Assembly: GCA_965240325.2 (NCBI GenBank)
Contig: OZ251223.1
Span: 1,178,001 to 1,242,000, forward strand
Direction of reading: 5' to 3'
Length of the DNA stretch: 64,000 nt
DNA from: Rebecca billardiae RCC1528
Lineage: Eukaryota > Protista > Haptophyta
How positions within the stretch are numbered: the first letter of the stretch is position 1; the number at the start of each line of letters is the position of its first letter. This document shows positions 1-9,794 of the stretch, one piece after another. The notes beneath the pieces are model-generated. The model saw only the letters and a list, made by a program, of their open reading frames with translations, searched no databases and had not been told where the DNA came from. Position numbers and translations under genes: made by a program.

Positions 1-688
1 CGCAACTGCGCAGAGCAACCTGGGCGAGTGCTACGATCAAGGCAAGGGCGTGCACCAGGACTCGGCCGAGGCATTGCGCTGGTACCGGCTGGCGGCCGAG
101 CAGGGCTACGCAGATGCGCAGAACAACCTGGGCGTGTGCTACGAACGAGGCGAGGGCGTGGCGCAGGACTTGGCCGAGGCTGTGCGCTTGTACCGGCTGG
201 CGGCCGAGCAGGGCAATGCAGCTGCGCAGTTTGCCCTGGGCGCGTACTACCAACGAGGTGAGGGCGTGCCGCAGGATATGGCCGAGGCGGTGCGCTCGTA
301 CCGGCTGGCCATCGACGGCGGCCAGCCAGAAGCCCACTTGGCATTGGCGCGCCTGCTGCTTGCAGGCGGGGCCGTGCAGCGCGACGTGGCGGAAGGAGTG
401 CGGCTGCTGCGCCGCGGGCACGAGCTTGACGGCTCCGTGGTGGATCCGAGCAAGGTGCTCGGCGACTATGCAGGAGATCGCGAGGTGGCCGCTGCGTGCT
501 GCATGGTGTGCGCCAAGTCGGGCCGTGGCGTGAAGAAGTGCGAGCGGTGCCTTGTGGCGGTCTTCTGCTGCCGCGAGCACCTGCGGAGCGCGTGGAAAAC
601 GCACAAGCCACACTGCACGGAGTGGCGCGCCGCCGCGGCGGCGGTGACTCTGACTGCTGCCAATCACGCAGAGTCTGAGACGGCATAG
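1..688 (+). CDS. Sel1-like repeat protein with C-terminal MYND-type zinc finger, copy 1 (5' end lies outside the window)
   Basis: Open frame from the window start with 36-aa units (AQxNLGxCYxxGEGVxQDxAEAVRxYRLAAEQG), then CMVC...CERC...FCC..H...W..HK..C (MYND), stop TAG at 686-688. Confidence 0.9.
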   Translation, partial: ATAQSNLGECYDQGKGVHQDSAEALRWYRLAAEQGYADAQNNLGVCYERGEGVAQDLAEAVRLYRLAAEQGNAAAQFALGAYYQRGEGVPQDMAEAVRSYRLAIDGGQPEAHLALARLLLAGGAVQRDVAEGVRLLRRGHELDGSVVDPSKVLGDYAGDREVAAACCMVCAKSGRGVKKCERCLVAVFCCREHLRSAWKTHKPHCTEWRAAAAAVTLTAANHAESETA

Positions 689-938
689 TGTAACCACGAC
701 GACGACGTCGGGGCCACCGGAAGTGAGTACTGGCGGGGACCGTTGAGCATGCATGCAGTGTCATCGCCAGACGGAGGCATAATATGGGCGGATAATATGG
801 CGCACCGGCCCAGCCCCCTGACTCCTCAACTTAGGCCCTGATAGAGCGTGAGCAAAAGCCGGGCCGGGCCGGCGCACGTCTGCCCGTCGCGATGCAAGCA
901 GGGCCGTGCTGCTGTCAGAGTCGATCGATGAGGCATCG

Positions 939-2828
939 TCAGGCCAGCGTCGACTGCTGCGCGGTCGCCTCTGACAGATTCCAATACCGCCGCCATGCCC
1001 ACTGCCGCCGCGGCCAGTCGCCCGCCATCCGGTTGGAGTTGCTGGTGTGCTGCTGGCGCAGTCCGGCGTCGGCATCCGCGTGGCGGTCGTCAGCGCGCAA
1101 CGCACCGCCAGTGCCGGCCTCCGCCGCCTTAGCCAGCGGCCCGCCGCACAGCACCACGGGCTCTCCTCGCTCGAGCTCAAGATTGCGCCGCAGGTACGCG
1201 ACCGAGCCAGCGGGTGCGCAAGTCGAGTGCGCTCGCACCCAGTCGAAGATCTGCTCGCACCAGGCGAGCGCGAGGCGCGTGCAGTCGGCTGGGAGCACCC
1301 CTGGCACGGCGGGCGCGAGTGGCTCGCAGCGTCCGCGGCACGAGCCGTCCGCCGGACCGCCGGCCGGGCAGCGCTGCCGCAGCACAGCCGTCGGCGGGTC
1401 GGCCGAGTACCGGAGCGTGCACGCGGCGCTGTCCACGGAGAGCTGGGGCGCGACGTCTGGGCCGCGCCGCACCATCGGCCACGGCGTCCGCGTCCACACG
1501 TCGTCGCAGTACGCGAGCGGCCACAGCCGCTGCGCCGTCGAGAACGAGTTCAACGGCAAGGTATTGATCGAATGCCTCAGCGGGGCCACTGCTGGAGTCC
1601 CCGCGGGCGAGCGCGCCATGCGTCCCGGAGGTGGCGTGCCCTGTCGCACGTGCGCGCGCAGCACCTCGAGGGGGCCCATGGGCAGGCCCAGCACCGCGCC
1701 GGGGAGGCCAACCATTGGGGACATGCGCAAGTTCGGGTCCACGAGCAGCGTGCGCCCCGAGCCCCGCTCGATCCGGAAGTCGCACTGGCCGGCGCCCGTG
1801 AAGCCGAGCGCGCGCATCAGCAGGCCAAACGAGCGCGCCGCCTCGGGCAGGTTGGCCGTGCGAAACATCATGCCACGCCCTGTCTCGCCTGCGTGTGCGA
1901 GAGGGACGTAGCCGAAGCCAGCGACCACCTCGCCGTCGACCACCGTGCCCACCCACGACACCGTCACGCCCTCCACCCACGCCTCCAGCAGCAGGCTCGT
2001 CCTCTCCTTGGCCGCCAGCTGCACCGCATCGCGCAGCTGCGCGGCGGTGCGGCAGACGCGCACGCCCTTGCCGATGCCGTCGAGAGAGGTCTTGGCGACG
2101 AGCGGCAGGCGCTGCGCGAGGCGCTCGAGCTCGGCCGCGCTCGCGCGGGCCACGGACGCCGGCTTGAGCGTCGTCTGCCACGCCAACGGCAGCCCGAGCT
2201 GCGCCGCCAGCAGGAGTGTGCGCAGCTTGTCCGTGTGCCGCCCCCAGTGCTCGCGTACGCGCGGGAGCGAGCAGGCAAGCGTGGCGAGCGCGCGCTGTTG
2301 CGCCTGCGTGCGCGTACTCAGGGCCTCGAGCCTGCGGGCCAGTCGGATCATCAGCTGCGTCGACGTGCGGTAGCCCGCCAGCACGATGGCAGGCGCCCAC
2401 TCCACAATGGCCGCCTCGAGCTCGCTCACTGCCTGGAGACTGCGCTGCGGCGCGTGCCGCGCGTAGCGGATGGTGTTGTGGGCCGACGACGAGGTGTTCC
2501 ACAGGCCGTTCAAGGGGTCGTCCGGGCTCGGATCGAACCGATAAATCAGCACGCCCACCTCCCATCCCGCGCCGTGCAGGGCGGAGGCGTGCAGCGGGAG
2601 CGTGTCCAACGCTTCTGCAACCAAGAGCGCGCGCGAGCCCCCGCCCAGCCGTGCGGCGTGGCACGCGTCGGCGCCGCCCTCGGGCGCGGTGCTGCCGGGC
2701 GCCGATGAGGACGTCAGCGCGCGTGCGCCTCTGCTGGCACTGCCGTGCGCCGCGCCGAGGATGAGGAGGGCCGCAACCACAAGGCGGCGACTCCGGATGC
2801 GTCCGCGGTGATGATGCTGACCGCTCAT
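939..2828 (-). CDS. ATP-grasp domain protein with N-terminal hydrophobic signal/anchor
   Basis: ATP-grasp-like motifs DKLRT..A..LGLP, LPLVAKTSLDGIGKGVRVC, LLLEAWVEG, GFTGAGQCDF, LLVDPNLR; hydrophobic LVVAALLILGAA after the ATG at 2828. Confidence 0.75.
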   Translation of the reverse strand: MSGQHHHRGRIRSRRLVVAALLILGAAHGSASRGARALTSSSAPGSTAPEGGADACHAARLGGGSRALLVAEALDTLPLHASALHGAGWEVGVLIYRFDPSPDDPLNGLWNTSSSAHNTIRYARHAPQRSLQAVSELEAAIVEWAPAIVLAGYRTSTQLMIRLARRLEALSTRTQAQQRALATLACSLPRVREHWGRHTDKLRTLLLAAQLGLPLAWQTTLKPASVARASAAELERLAQRLPLVAKTSLDGIGKGVRVCRTAAQLRDAVQLAAKERTSLLLEAWVEGVTVSWVGTVVDGEVVAGFGYVPLAHAGETGRGMMFRTANLPEAARSFGLLMRALGFTGAGQCDFRIERGSGRTLLVDPNLRMSPMVGLPGAVLGLPMGPLEVLRAHVRQGTPPPGRMARSPAGTPAVAPLRHSINTLPLNSFSTAQRLWPLAYCDDVWTRTPWPMVRRGPDVAPQLSVDSAACTLRYSADPPTAVLRQRCPAGGPADGSCRGRCEPLAPAVPGVLPADCTRLALAWCEQIFDWVRAHSTCAPAGSVAYLRRNLELERGEPVVLCGGPLAKAAEAGTGGALRADDRHADADAGLRQQHTSNSNRMAGDWPRRQWAWRRYWNLSEATAQQSTLA

Positions 2829-3027
2829 TGCAGCCGCCGACGAACGACTCCAGTGTCTGCTGATTACTCGTCCTACCAGTTCAAAGTACGGCCTGCTCTG
2901 CGCGGTAGGCTTGGCGTCGCGTGGCGCAGAGCGCACCACCCACCCACACCATGGGCCACACATGCTGGTGCGGCCATTGCTGTCGGCCGTCGCCTGGCAT
3001 GTCAGCGATCGGCAGTACAAGTACAGC

Positions 3028-4734
3028 ATGGCGGGCGATGCCGGGGTCCGCCTGCTCCGGCGCGCGGCTGGGCGGGGCGACGCACGTGCGACGTTCCTAC
3101 TCGCGAGGCGCACCGAAGCGGGCGACGGCGTCACGCAGGATGTCGACGAGGCGGTGCGCCTCTATGTCCTCGCTGCGAATCGTGGGTTTGCGCAAGCGCA
3201 GCAACACTTGGGCGAGATCTGCGCGGCCACGCAGAATTGGGCCGAGTCTGCGCGCTGGTACCGGCTGGCGGCCGAGCAGGGCGAATCGACTGCTCAAGCC
3301 CGCATGGGCGCGCTGTATGCAGAAGGCAAGGGCGTGCCGCAGGACTGGCCCGAGGCGGCGCGCTGGTACCGGCTGGCGGCCGAGCAGGGCAATGCAGATG
3401 CGCAGATCAACCTGGGCATGCGCTACCAACGAGGCGAGGGCGTGCCGCAGGATATGGCCGAGGCGGTGCACTTGTACCGGCTGGCGGCCGAGCAGAGCAA
3501 TGCAGGTGCGCAGTACAACCTGGGCGTATGCTACCAGCGAGGCGAGGGCGTGCCGCAGGATAAGGCAGAGGCGGTGCGCTGGTACCGGCTGGCAGCAGAG
3601 CAGGGCTACGCAGCTGCGCAGTTCAACCTGGGCATCTGCTACGAACGAGGGGAGGGCGTGCCGCAGGATAAGGCAGAAGCGGTGCGCTGGTACCGGCTGG
3701 CAGCAGAGCAGGGCTACGCAGCTGCGCAGTACAACCTGGGCATCTGCTACGAACGAGGGGAGGGCGTGCCGCAGGATAAGGCAGAGGCGGTGCGCTGGTA
3801 CCGGCTGGCGGCCGAGCAGGGCCACGCATCTGCGCAGTACAACCTGGGCCTATGCTACCAGCGAGGCGAGGGCGTGCCGCAGGATAAGGCAGAGGCGGTG
3901 CGCTTGTACCGGCTGGCGGCCGAGCAGGGTCACGCAGCTGCGCAGTGCAGCCTGGGCGCATGCTACGAACAAGGCGAGGGCGTGCCGCAGGATATGGCCG
4001 AGGCGGTGCGCTTGTACCGATTGGCGGCCGAGCAGGGCTACGCATCTGCGCAGTACAACCTGGGCCTATGCTACCAGCGAGGCGAGGGCGTGCCGCAGGA
4101 TATGGCAGAGGCGGTGCGCTTGTACCGGCTGGCGGCCGAGCAGGGCAATGCAGGTGTGCAGAGCCACCTGGGCGTATGCTACCAACTAGGCGAGGGCGTG
4201 CCGCAGGATACGGCGGAGGCGGTGCGCTTGTACCAGATGGCGGTCGAGCAGGGCAATGCACGTGCGCAGTACAACCTGGGCGTGTGCTACCAACGAGGTG
4301 AGGGCGTGCCGCAGGATATGGCAGAGGCGGTGCGCTTGTACCGGCTAGCCATCGACGGCGGCCAGTCACATGCTTACTCAGCATTCGCGCTCCTGCTGCT
4401 TGCAGGTGAGGCCGTGCAACGCGACGTGGCGGAGGGAGTGCGGCTGCTGCGCCGCGGGCACGAGCTTGATGGCTCTGTGGTGGATCCGAGCAAGGTGCTC
4501 GGCGACTATGCCGGAGATCGCGAGGTGGCCGCTGCGTGCTGCATGGTGTGCGCCAAGTCGGGCCGTGGCGTGAAGAAGTGCGAGCGGTGCCTTGTGGCGG
4601 TCTTCTGCTGCCGCGAGCACCTGCGGAGCGCGTGGAAAACGCACAAGCCACACTGCACGGAGTGGCGCGCCGCCGCGGCGGCGGTGGCTCTGACTGCTGC
4701 CAATCACGCAGAGAGTCTGAGGCGACATATATAG
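3028..4734 (+). CDS. Sel1-like repeat protein with MYND zinc finger, copy 2 (10 core repeats)
   Basis: ATG at 3028 (MAGDAGVRLL, matching the start of copy 3); intronless; 10 core 36-aa Sel1 units plus degenerate caps; C-terminal MYND finger. Confidence 0.92.
   Translation: MAGDAGVRLLRRAAGRGDARATFLLARRTEAGDGVTQDVDEAVRLYVLAANRGFAQAQQHLGEICAATQNWAESARWYRLAAEQGESTAQARMGALYAEGKGVPQDWPEAARWYRLAAEQGNADAQINLGMRYQRGEGVPQDMAEAVHLYRLAAEQSNAGAQYNLGVCYQRGEGVPQDKAEAVRWYRLAAEQGYAAAQFNLGICYERGEGVPQDKAEAVRWYRLAAEQGYAAAQYNLGICYERGEGVPQDKAEAVRWYRLAAEQGHASAQYNLGLCYQRGEGVPQDKAEAVRLYRLAAEQGHAAAQCSLGACYEQGEGVPQDMAEAVRLYRLAAEQGYASAQYNLGLCYQRGEGVPQDMAEAVRLYRLAAEQGNAGVQSHLGVCYQLGEGVPQDTAEAVRLYQMAVEQGNARAQYNLGVCYQRGEGVPQDMAEAVRLYRLAIDGGQSHAYSAFALLLLAGEAVQRDVAEGVRLLRRGHELDGSVVDPSKVLGDYAGDREVAAACCMVCAKSGRGVKKCERCLVAVFCCREHLRSAWKTHKPHCTEWRAAAAAVALTAANHAESLRRHI
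3280..4359 (+). repeat. Coding tandem array, 10 x 108 bp (Sel1 units)
   Basis: gtaccggctggcggccgagcagggc recurs with near-identical sequence every 108 bp. Confidence 0.95.
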
Positions 4735-5249
4735 TGTATCATAACCACGACGACGTTGGGGCCACCGGAAGTAGTGAGTACTGCTCGTCAGGCGGGGACC
4801 GTTGAGCATCATGCATGCATCAGTGCCATCGTCAGACTGACGTACGAGGCATTATATGTGGCGTTATAACAGAGTTATAACTACCGAGTGTGTCGGGAGG
4901 CTGGAAAGGCGACGCGCAGCTGGTGGACAACCCTTGGGCCGCCATCGTCTTCTAGGTCCTGCAGGTATAGTTACTAGTTGTACTGTCATAGCCGATTTCC
5001 GGAGCTCATCGGCCAGCTATCCTTGATCATATCATCATGGCGGCCGCTGATCCTTTCATATCGGCCAACCACACTGGCTACTCAATAAGTACCCGCTCCT
5101 GACACACACATATATATTACCCATATTCCATATAATTGGCGGGCGGCCATATATTACATCGGGCCTGTCGTTATAGCAGATATTCGCATTTATTATGTCC
5201 AACTTCCGTCCAAATCTCGGACCCAGGAGCCCGTCCGCGCCCGGGTTCC

Positions 5250-5860
5250 GTTGCAATTGTTTGCGGCGAGCACGTCCGTGACACCATGTCACGGGCGTCT
5301 GACGGAGCTACAGGGCTCACGCGCATGCCGCCGAGTGCACGCTTGGGCTTGTCGTGGTGCTCGTGGCAGCACGCGCGCGCGCGTGGGCGCCCAACACGAC
5401 CTGAGAGTGCGCCGAGCGCGTCCGATGAGTACAACGTATGCTTCTGGGTCTCGTCGGCCTGCCCCGGCGGGCGGTTGGCGGTGTTGAGCCCGCCCGTGTC
5501 GATGTCGTGCCCTCCGTCACGGGACGGCAAGCGAGGGCAGCCCCTCGGGAGCCTCAGCCATGCGGCTGCACTTGGCACAGCGCGCGAGGCGTGCGGCGGC
5601 GCCTTCGAGATATGCTGTACGAAGCTTGCCGACATCCCGAATGACCTCTCGCTCGTGCTTGATGGTGGTGTTCGCCTGCTTGATCCACTTGACGTTGTCG
5701 TTGATGGCTCCGGCACTTCTCGGCCTCGGTCATCAACTCAGATGCCTTGCGCAGGTCGTTATCCATGTCGCGCGCGTCTGTGAGGTCTCCTCCGGTGCGC
5801 ATGCTCCTCACGCGCACCGCCTCGCGCGCGAGATCGCGGCATATCACGCCCAGGTCCTCC
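5250..5860 (-). pseudogene. Possible decayed coding fragment, identity unknown
   Basis: Coding-like peptides switch between frames (DLAREAVRVRSMR...KASELMTEAEKCR / INDNVKWIKQANTTIKHEREVIRDVGKLR / DGGHDIDTGGLNTANR); no clean start or stop. Confidence 0.25.
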
Positions 5861-5917
5861 TAACCAAGTGTGCACGTGAAAACATATATATATAGTATAA
5901 ACTGTACACGATGGTCG

Positions 5918-8900
5918 TCACTCATCCCTTCGCCACTCCGGCCCATCGAGGCCGTACGCGTGGCCCGGATCGTTCGCATTCTCCACGTCTACGAACGATG
6001 GTGCGCTCGAGTGTGCGCCGGTGCTGCTGGCGGCGTCATCGCCGCTCGGAGCGTCAGCGGCTGCGGGCGCGCCACCGTCCGCGTCGTCGCCGCGCCCCAG
6101 CCCGCCGAGCGCGCCGCGCAGCACCTCAGCGCTCACAGGCTCGTGCTCGCACCCCGTGTACGCGCCCGCGCGCACCGCGTACTCGAGCAGCGCGCCCCAG
6201 TGCGCGTCCTGCCGCAGCACGTGCGGGTTGCCGACAACGACCAGCAGCGCTCGCGCGCGCGTGACCGCGACGTTGAAGCGCTTTGGGTTCGCCACGAAGC
6301 CGAGGCTGTGCCTGGCATCGAACTCGATCAGCTCCGCGCTCGAGCGCACGGTCGAGACGATGATCACGCGCCGCTCCTGCCCCTGGAACTCCTCGACGCT
6401 GCCCACCTTCACCTCGCCCAGCCCGCGGCTGCCGAGTGCGGCGCGCAGCTTGAGGACCTGTGCGCGGCGTGCCGGCGCAGTCGCGGCGGGGCGGGCGCGG
6501 GGCGGGTGATGCGCGGCGGCGCCGCCGCGCGCGACACGCCCACGCAGCAGCGACAGCGACGTGCGGCGCGTCGCGCACGGCCGCGCGCGCGCGCGCGCAT
6601 GCGCACGCCTGCTTGCGATATGGACTGATCACGCCGATCTCGGCGGGAGCGACGCGGCTGGTGCGGAACGCGCGGAGCGACTCGATGTGCGCGAGCACGC
6701 GCTCGACCTCGATCGCGTTGAACCACGAGGGCGAGCTGCCCTCGCGCTCGTCGCGGCCGACCACGCCCTCGAACAGCAGCGGGACGCTCGGGTTGGGCAG
6801 GCCCTCCCAGCGCAGCAGCGCGTGCGTCGACTGCGGGTCGGCGCACGCGCGCAGCTCGCCGTCGTAGAAGAGGCGCGAGGGCAGAGATAGCAGCGCCGGG
6901 TGCGAGCGGTAGTTGCGCACCAGCTTCATCAGGCAGCGCGGCTCGTACGGCTCGTCCGCCTCGCCATCGGTCTCGGGCGCGGCATCGTCGTCATACCCGC
7001 CGGCGACTTTGGCCGGGGGCGCGTCGCCCCCGTCCGCCGAGGGCGCGCCCTCCATCAGCGCGCGGCGCGCGTAGAGCGCGCGCGCCATCAGTCGCTCCAG
7101 CATCGACACGTCCAGGCCGTGCGCGGCCGCGAGCGACGAGCGCACGATCGGGCCGAGCTGCCGCGGGTCGCCTGCGAGCACGAGCTGCGTGCGCGCGCCG
7201 CGGCCGTCGGCCGGGGCGACGAGTGGGACGAAGGCCGCGAGCAGCTCGGCCTCGAGCGCGTGGCCCGCCTCGTCCACCGCGACGTGCGAGAAGAGGCCTG
7301 GCTGCGCACCGAAGCAGCACGCGAGCTTGGCGGCGGTGCACGCGGTCGCGACGACGACGCTCCGCCTCCGCAGCTCCGCGACCGGCGGCATGGTAAAGCC
7401 GCCCTCGCGCTCCGAGTAGAGCGCGTACCGCTCGAGCGCCTCGGGGACCGCCTTGCGCTCGTGCGCGAACGCGTACACGCGCACGAGCTCGGAGGGGTCG
7501 AGGCCTCCCAGCCTAATCAGGCGCGAGCACACCTCGTCCGCGGCCGCGTTGGATGGCGCGCACGCGAGCACGCGGCTGGCTGGCTGCCGCCGGATCAGCT
7601 CGATGATGGCGGCGCTCAGTGTGGTCGTCTTGCCCTGCCATGGCGCGGGGATGGCGCGCGCACGTGCCACGCTGTGAGCCCAGGCGCGCGAGCGGCCGCT
7701 CTCGTGGCCGTGGCACGGGGCGCGCCGCGCATGCACAGTGCGCGCGCGCCGCGCACCGTGCCGGGCGGCCCAAAGACGCAGTAGGGAACGGCCGGTGCGG
7801 CACGAGATGCAATCTCCTCGACGGCGCGCCTCTGCGCCGCGTTCAGCCGCGCCGTCGAGTGCAGCGGCGCCATCGAGCGCAGCGCACGCGCGGCGGGCGC
7901 GTCGAGGTCGAGGTCCGCCTCTGTCGGGAAGAGAAGGGGGCGCAGCGCCATGCCCTCGGCGCACAGCTCAGCGTCCGCGCCAGCGCGCGGTGCGGGGCGC
8001 GGGGCGGCGCTCTCGCTCTCGGCGATCGCGCTCGCCTGGCGCACGCAGCACAGCGCGTGGTGCATCAGGCGCAGCGGCATCCGGCGGAAGGAGAACGCAA
8101 CCGCCGCCTTCTGACCCGAGACGAACGTGGCGTGGAAGCGGCGGTCAAAGGCCAGGAGCAAAGCGTCCCTCTCGACCTGATGCACACACCCCTCCCACCG
8201 GCACCGGTCGCCGGCGCGCCGCGCGTGGATCGAGTCTCCGCGCAGCACGGACGGCCGACCCTCCGCCAGACCGGGGACGGTCAGCCGCAGCAGCCTGCCC
8301 GCGGGCTTGAGCTGCGCGGCCGGCTGGTCGAACGCGCGGATGTCCACGGCCATCTGCGCCTCCTCGAGCCAGAGCAGCGTCTGCAGCTGCCGCGCGTGCG
8401 CGCTGAGCGTCTCCTGCGCCGCCAGCGCGCCCATCTCCGCTGACACGCGCGCCTCGGCCTTGGCGGAGCCGCGCACAGCCAGCAGCGGCAGTGGGATGGC
8501 GTGCGGCTTCGGAGCCGTGTACCCATCGGCCTGCACGGCCGAGAACGGCCGCTCGCCCGGAATCAGCGGCTCGAGCTGCTCCTTGGCCAGCTCGATGCCG
8601 CGCGGGCGCGGCGGCGGCGTGTAGGGGGCGGTGGGCACGAGGCTCGCCGCGAGCTCGGACTCGACGCTCACCTCGAGTGCGCGCACGATGTGGAAGGAGC
8701 CCAAGTCGAACACGAGCAGCCCGCGCGCCACGCCAGCACGCTCCGCCTTGAGCTCGAGATGGACTGCGTACGAGGCACCGGCGTTGAGGACGACTGCCGA
8801 GCCCCGGCACACGCCGTGCTCGTCGCTGAGCGAGAGACCTGCCACTGGCAGAAGTGGCCGCACGGCGCGCAGCTCGCGCGCCACCCTGCCGGCGTTGTGG

Positions 8901-9349
8901 ATGACTATGCGCTGGCGCGCTGTCATCCCCGGCCTGGGCGCGTTGAAGCGCAGCTCATCGACCCGCACGCCGCCCTTGTCGCGCGCGAGTGCCTCCAGGC
9001 TGTGGCCAAACGCTCGAAAGGCTGACTGGCCCGCACGGCTGGCGCCCGCCGGTGGAGGGCGCTGCGGCCGGTTCGAGGTGGATGGCGTCACGTAAAAGGT
9101 AAATGTACCCCTCCCGCCCCGCCGAACGGGGATGTCCGGGCGCAGGCACATGCAGTAGAGCGCCTGGCTGAAACTGCCTGTTGTGCCTGACGCTCGCGTG
9201 TAGTGCACGCGCAGCCACTCGCGGTCGACATTCACGGCTCCAGCGGGGGGCACCACGCGAGCGATTGCTTCAGGGCACGAGCGAAGATAGGTCCAGAAGG
9301 CGACCGCGCTGTTAGCCGCGCGCTCTCGGGCTGCGGCAGTGCCTGGCAT
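5918..9349 (-). CDS. MOV10/SDE3/Armitage-like UPF1-family (SF1B) RNA helicase; exons 9349-7757, 7634-6609, 6457-5918
   Basis: VPGLAEGRPSVLRGD (MOV10/SDE3 signature), Walker A GPPGT|GKTTT split by an intron, LACAPSNAAAD, VDEAGH, GDPRQLGP, NYRSHP, SPSWFN, ISPYRKQ|V, VGSVEEFQGQE, KRFNVAVTRA. Confidence 0.92.
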
Positions 9350-9794
9350 CGTGAGTCGTGGTCGTGGTTGGACGGGTCACTCTCGTCGTCGACGCTCACG
9401 CGCCGATGCGTGTTGGACACGCCAGAGCTGCTGCGCACCCAACTGCCATGCCAGTCCGGCGACTGCGCGAGAACTGCATGTGCCCCTTTTATTCGAGTTT
9501 AATTCGATTCATCAGTAATCAGCATCACGATCACGCCCCCGTGACGAAAGTGTATGCCGGCGGAGACGTCTGACGAGCGCACGGGGTTGAAGCTGTGAGT
9601 ACGTCGAGATCGTCTCGTCAGGGGAACATCATTTCAATGTAAGTAGCAGAACGCTCCACGGCAGTAGGAGTACCAGCTAGACGTAGTCGATGAGTACAGT
9701 AGCTCGGGCCACGACCGGCGTGGTCAATCGCCGACTCGGTCGGGTGAGATGAATCATTTTGAAGCCGGCGGCCGCCCACAAGCCGTCATCTCCA

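Noticed and set aside
3280-4359. CRISPR-like array (constant repeat with variable intervals)
   Set aside because: The period is exactly 108 bp in frame, the intervals are homologous to each other and encode Sel1 helices, there are no cas genes, and the context is eukaryotic.
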